DNA of 64,000 nucleotides from Chara braunii (taxonomy: Eukaryota > Plantae > Charophyceae), in NCBI GenBank assembly GCA_003427395.1, contig BFEA01000020.1:4562938-4626937 (forward strand), read 5' to 3'. The notes under the pieces were generated by a model that saw only the letters and a list, made by a program, of their open reading frames with translations, searched no databases and was not told where the DNA came from. Each line of letters opens with the position of its first letter. Position 1 is the stretch's first letter. A program made the position numbers and the translations under genes. Shown here piece by piece: positions 60,330 through 64,000 of this stretch.

Positions 60330-63300
60330 AATTGCCACATGGAACGTGAGGGGCCTGGGTGATACCTCAGACAAACATAAGAGGGATAGGCTGAAAAGTT
60401 GGATATTCGACAACAACATTCAGATTGCTTGTGTTCAAGAAACCAAACTAGGCGAGGAGAAAATCGTTGCTCTAGGCAACTGGTGGGACGGACCTCAACT
60501 TTGGTCCCCGGCTGTGGGTACGAGGGGTGGTGTTGCTATGTTAATTCACCGGAACACGGATCTTGAAATTATTGATTTTTATGTGGATATTTAGGGTCGA
60601 CGGGCATAGTTGAAAGGATGGTTTGAGGGTAAGATTTGGGTGATTGTAACCATTTATTCGCCAGTAGAACCCCACGTGCGTTCTCATTTCTTTGCGGAAT
60701 TGATGTACGTCATCCCTGAGGGCGAGTATTTAGTTATTACTGGTGATTGGAATATCACCTTGGACTTTACAAAAGCAGGCAGATTCTCGGAGGATAAAGC
60801 TATGTTGTCTGTTTTAATGGAGGACTTCGGCCTGATCGACCCATTTAGACTCACCCACCCGGACGAAGAGGGGTTCACATGGTATTCCCACAGTCGTCCG
60901 TCCAATGGTACAATAGAACGGAGGCTAGACTTTTTCTTAATCTCGTCTACTCTTTGGGATTTTGTCGAGTATGTCTCAGAGAGTTTTCACCCTATGTCAG
61001 ATCATAAGCCTGTACTTCTACAGCTGATCACAACCGAAGTCACTAGTGGTAAAGGCCTGTTTCGTTTTAATACTCAGAACTTGAGACTGCCTAAACTCAT
61101 GGATTGGATGAAGGGGTTTGGGAAAGACTGGGATGCTTCCTGTTCCTCGTTTGACTCCCTAGCGGATTGGTGGAATTCTGGTTCTATAATTTTTTCTAAT
61201 TTGCTAAATGTATTTTCACGTATTATTGCCTATGGTCGCAATAAGGATGAAGCCCGCCTGAGGAACCAAATTGAATATGCAGAATCCCAAATGCTCGAAC
61301 ACCCAGTCTCCAACCTGGTGTGGAGTAAGGAGCGTGCCAAATTAATGGTCGAATGGGATCATCTTCAATGCCAAAAGTCTGAGGTGTGGGCCGAACGTTT
61401 GCGGGTGAAGGGGATTGCAGTCCATGACCGTATGTCGAAAGAGGCATTTCAGAAGCTTCTTCCTCGCCGATCTTCGGCCTGCATGAAAGAGCTAAAACAC
61501 CCGTTTGATGCGGAGGCTCCCAAGGCCAAGGACTTGATACAGCTCTGTGATTATGCGGCGTTCTATTATCGGGATATTTTGACTTCCCGCCTTCAAGGAG
61601 CACAAATCAATGCTGAACTTCATCAGGATTCTCCCCATTGGGATAACACCTTGGCTCGTCTGTCTCCCTCGGGTAGGTTGGATTTGGATCGCCCAATCTC
61701 TCCTCTTGAAGCCCTTGAGACATTGAAATCCATGTCCAAAGGTAAAGCACTCGGGGACGATGGTCTTCCGGTGGAGCTATTTATTGAACTGTGGGATGTC
61801 CTGGGGGATAGGCTGGTTCAAATTTATAACGACGTCCTCACGGGTGGTAAGTTAGCTGCGAATATGTGCAGGGGCATTATCTCGGTCTTATTTAAGAAAG
61901 GAGAGCGCTCTGATTTCGGTACTGAACGTCTCTTACAAAATTTTGGCTAAAGTCCTAGTTAGACGCCTTGGTCATTATCTTCCAGATTTGGTTCACTTAG
62001 ACCAAGCCGCCTTCATTCAGGGGCGTTCTATCTTTGACAATATTATTACTGCTATTGAAAGCCTAGAAATAATCCATAACGGCCAACTGGATGTTGCGGT
62101 GCTGTTGCTAGACTTGGAAAAGGCATACGACAGGGTGAACTGATCGTATGTCCTGACCACGCTAAATGTCATGTCCTTCGGACATAACTTCTGTAAATGG
62201 GTTATTGCTCTATATACGGTGTCTACCGCTGCAGTGATAATAAACGGCCACCTCTCAGAGGGATTTTCACTCACCCGATCTTTGCGGCAGGGCTGTCCGT
62301 TAGCCCCCCTCCTCTTCGCCATCCAGATGGAGAATCTTTTGAACAATATTCGTGCTCATCCGTCCATCAGAGGGTTACCGTCTGATCCTACTCCGCTGAA
62401 GGTAAAAGCCCTGACTGATGACCTGTTTGCTATTTCTCATAACACTCCTCAGTCTCTGAACGCTTTGAAGCTTTGCTTGGATGAGTATGCCGCCCTTTCG
62501 GAAGCAGCAGTTAATTGGCATAAATTTGTTTTCCTTTTACCTGGGTGCTTCTCCTTGGCTGTTCAATGGGGTATGAAACGAATAGTTGAAGGTCACTCTG
62601 AGCGTTTCTTAGGCGTCCAAATAGCCCTGCTACCTGCAACAGATGATCAAGACGACATTTTGTTGCAGAAATCTGTCCAGCGGATTTCTTCTTGGGGTCA
62701 TGCCCCTCATTTATCTCTTTTTGGTAGGGCTATGGTGATTAATTGTGCCCTCCTGGCCCTTTTATGGTTTGTTGGTAAGGTGCGGGGTTTTGGATCGTCT
62801 CTCTACTCTACGGTACGTCATAGATGTGTCCGTTTTATATTGAAACCTTTCTCAAAGGAAGACGACTCTTTCATCTCGAAGGTGCCATGGGAGTTGATCT
62901 GCAACTCAAGGTCAGAAGGAGGCCTGGGTTTGCTAGATCCGCGTAGACAGAATGGGTCTATGTTGTCCGAACTGGTGATCAAAGCTAGTTTGTCCCAAAT
63001 TCCACATCACTGGATCAATTTAGCAGAACAAATATTGTCACGTGAATGGAACCTAGCGAGACCCAGTGATGTCTGGACTTGTCTCCTTCTCAGGTCCTTT
63101 CTAAATAGGAGGATTAATTCTCCTTTTGGGTAGACAATCATAAGGACTTGGAAGAAAGTCCTCCCAAACACGTGGAAAGAGTCAGTTACTAAATCTGAAG
63201 TGTTGCTTCAACCACTCTTCGAGAACCCGAAGATATCCCTGCCAAACGGTCATCTCTTTTATGCAGACTCTTCCCCAGGCAGCTTTGGACGGTTGTGGAT

Positions 63301-64000
63301 CGAAAGAGGCATTCTTAGGATCAATGACTTATGGGACGACATTGCTGGTGATTGGAAGCAAGATGCGGCTCTCAGAAAAATCCTGGGACAGGTCAGACAC
63401 CTAAATCTAACGAAAGAAGCCCTTATTGCCTCTATTCCTATGGAATGGAAATCTCTTCTCTTCTCAGGGTCGCTGGATCCGCCGGGCACATGCTATGCCT
63501 CAGCCCCTTCCTCTCCTTCAATATGGCGTCTCATGGAGCATGGAACAAATGGCAAACGTGTCTTTCAGGCCTATTCGGTTCTCCCCTCTCAAACTTTGAT
63601 TAAGGACGAGGACAACCCTCAGCCTCAACTGGGCTTCCCTCTGTTCCAAGTTCGGGTCCTACTGTCATCGGTTGGCGAGTCTGAACCTGAATACAGTATA
63701 TTTGGTCATGGTCAGTCTATCCTTTAGTTGAAACTGGATCCTTATCTTTGGGAATTGATGGTGTCGGGGCGGGATGGTTCCTTCCCCAATCTTTCCGAAT
63801 TTTCAGTGAAGCTGGGTTATTCACTTTTGAAGCCTCTGAAATGTCCGTTGGTCACAGCCAGGAGCCGCTGGATGAAACTACTGGAGATGGATCGGGAGAT
63901 TGACCTAAGTGGTATTGACAACACATTATCTTCCTGCTGGGAACAACTTAAGCTTATTCCATGTCAAAGACAGACGTCCATACTATGGCTGGTGTCGATG
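60316..64000 (+). pseudogene. LINE #3 ORF2 (APE + RT), disrupted
   Basis: MGRLRIATWNVRGL, VQETK, GDWN, RLDFFL, SDHKPV, LDLEKAYDRV, SLRQGCPLAPLLF, LTDDLF and EGGLGL. Confidence 0.93.

Larger units (their letters stand above)
57700..64000 (+). mobile_element. L1-like LINE #3 (5'UTR, ORF1, ORF2), running off the window end
   Basis: Same architecture as LINE #2. The 5' boundary is approximate. Confidence 0.9.

Overview
This is eukaryotic, repeat-dominated DNA, probably from the streptophyte/plant lineage. The plant-type U6 and P1 sequences and the transposon load would fit a large-genome charophyte such as Chara, but that is inference. Only one intact host gene is evident: a 4-exon 60S acidic ribosomal protein P1 gene (24342-27991, +). 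Mobile DNA fills most of the rest: Plavaka-type transposase relics, a TIR element filled with a 136-bp palindromic satellite, a PPT-flanked LTR, several 8-bp-TSD hAT-like MITEs, six U6 snRNA-derived copies, a tRNA-like pseudogene or SINE head, and three degenerate L1/Tx1-like LINEs (44-64 kb). One of the LINEs has a twin-priming-like 5' inversion. The most unusual signal is a non-coding element present in two diverged copies (about 6620-9320 and about 12865-16855). Each copy carries an array (10 and 7 units) of hairpins with a nearly invariant bulge-loop core, CATTGTTTCTAAG[A or C/T]TGAATG(G), and stems that differ between units yet stay complementary. One loop base differs array-wide between the copies, and conserved splice-like signals bracket the array. 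This looks like a natural multivalent RNA (or ssDNA) protein-binding array. Two decayed type III hammerhead ribozyme motifs in inverted orientation (17391-17453, 19960-20021) are also present. All calls were made by eye; no searches were run.
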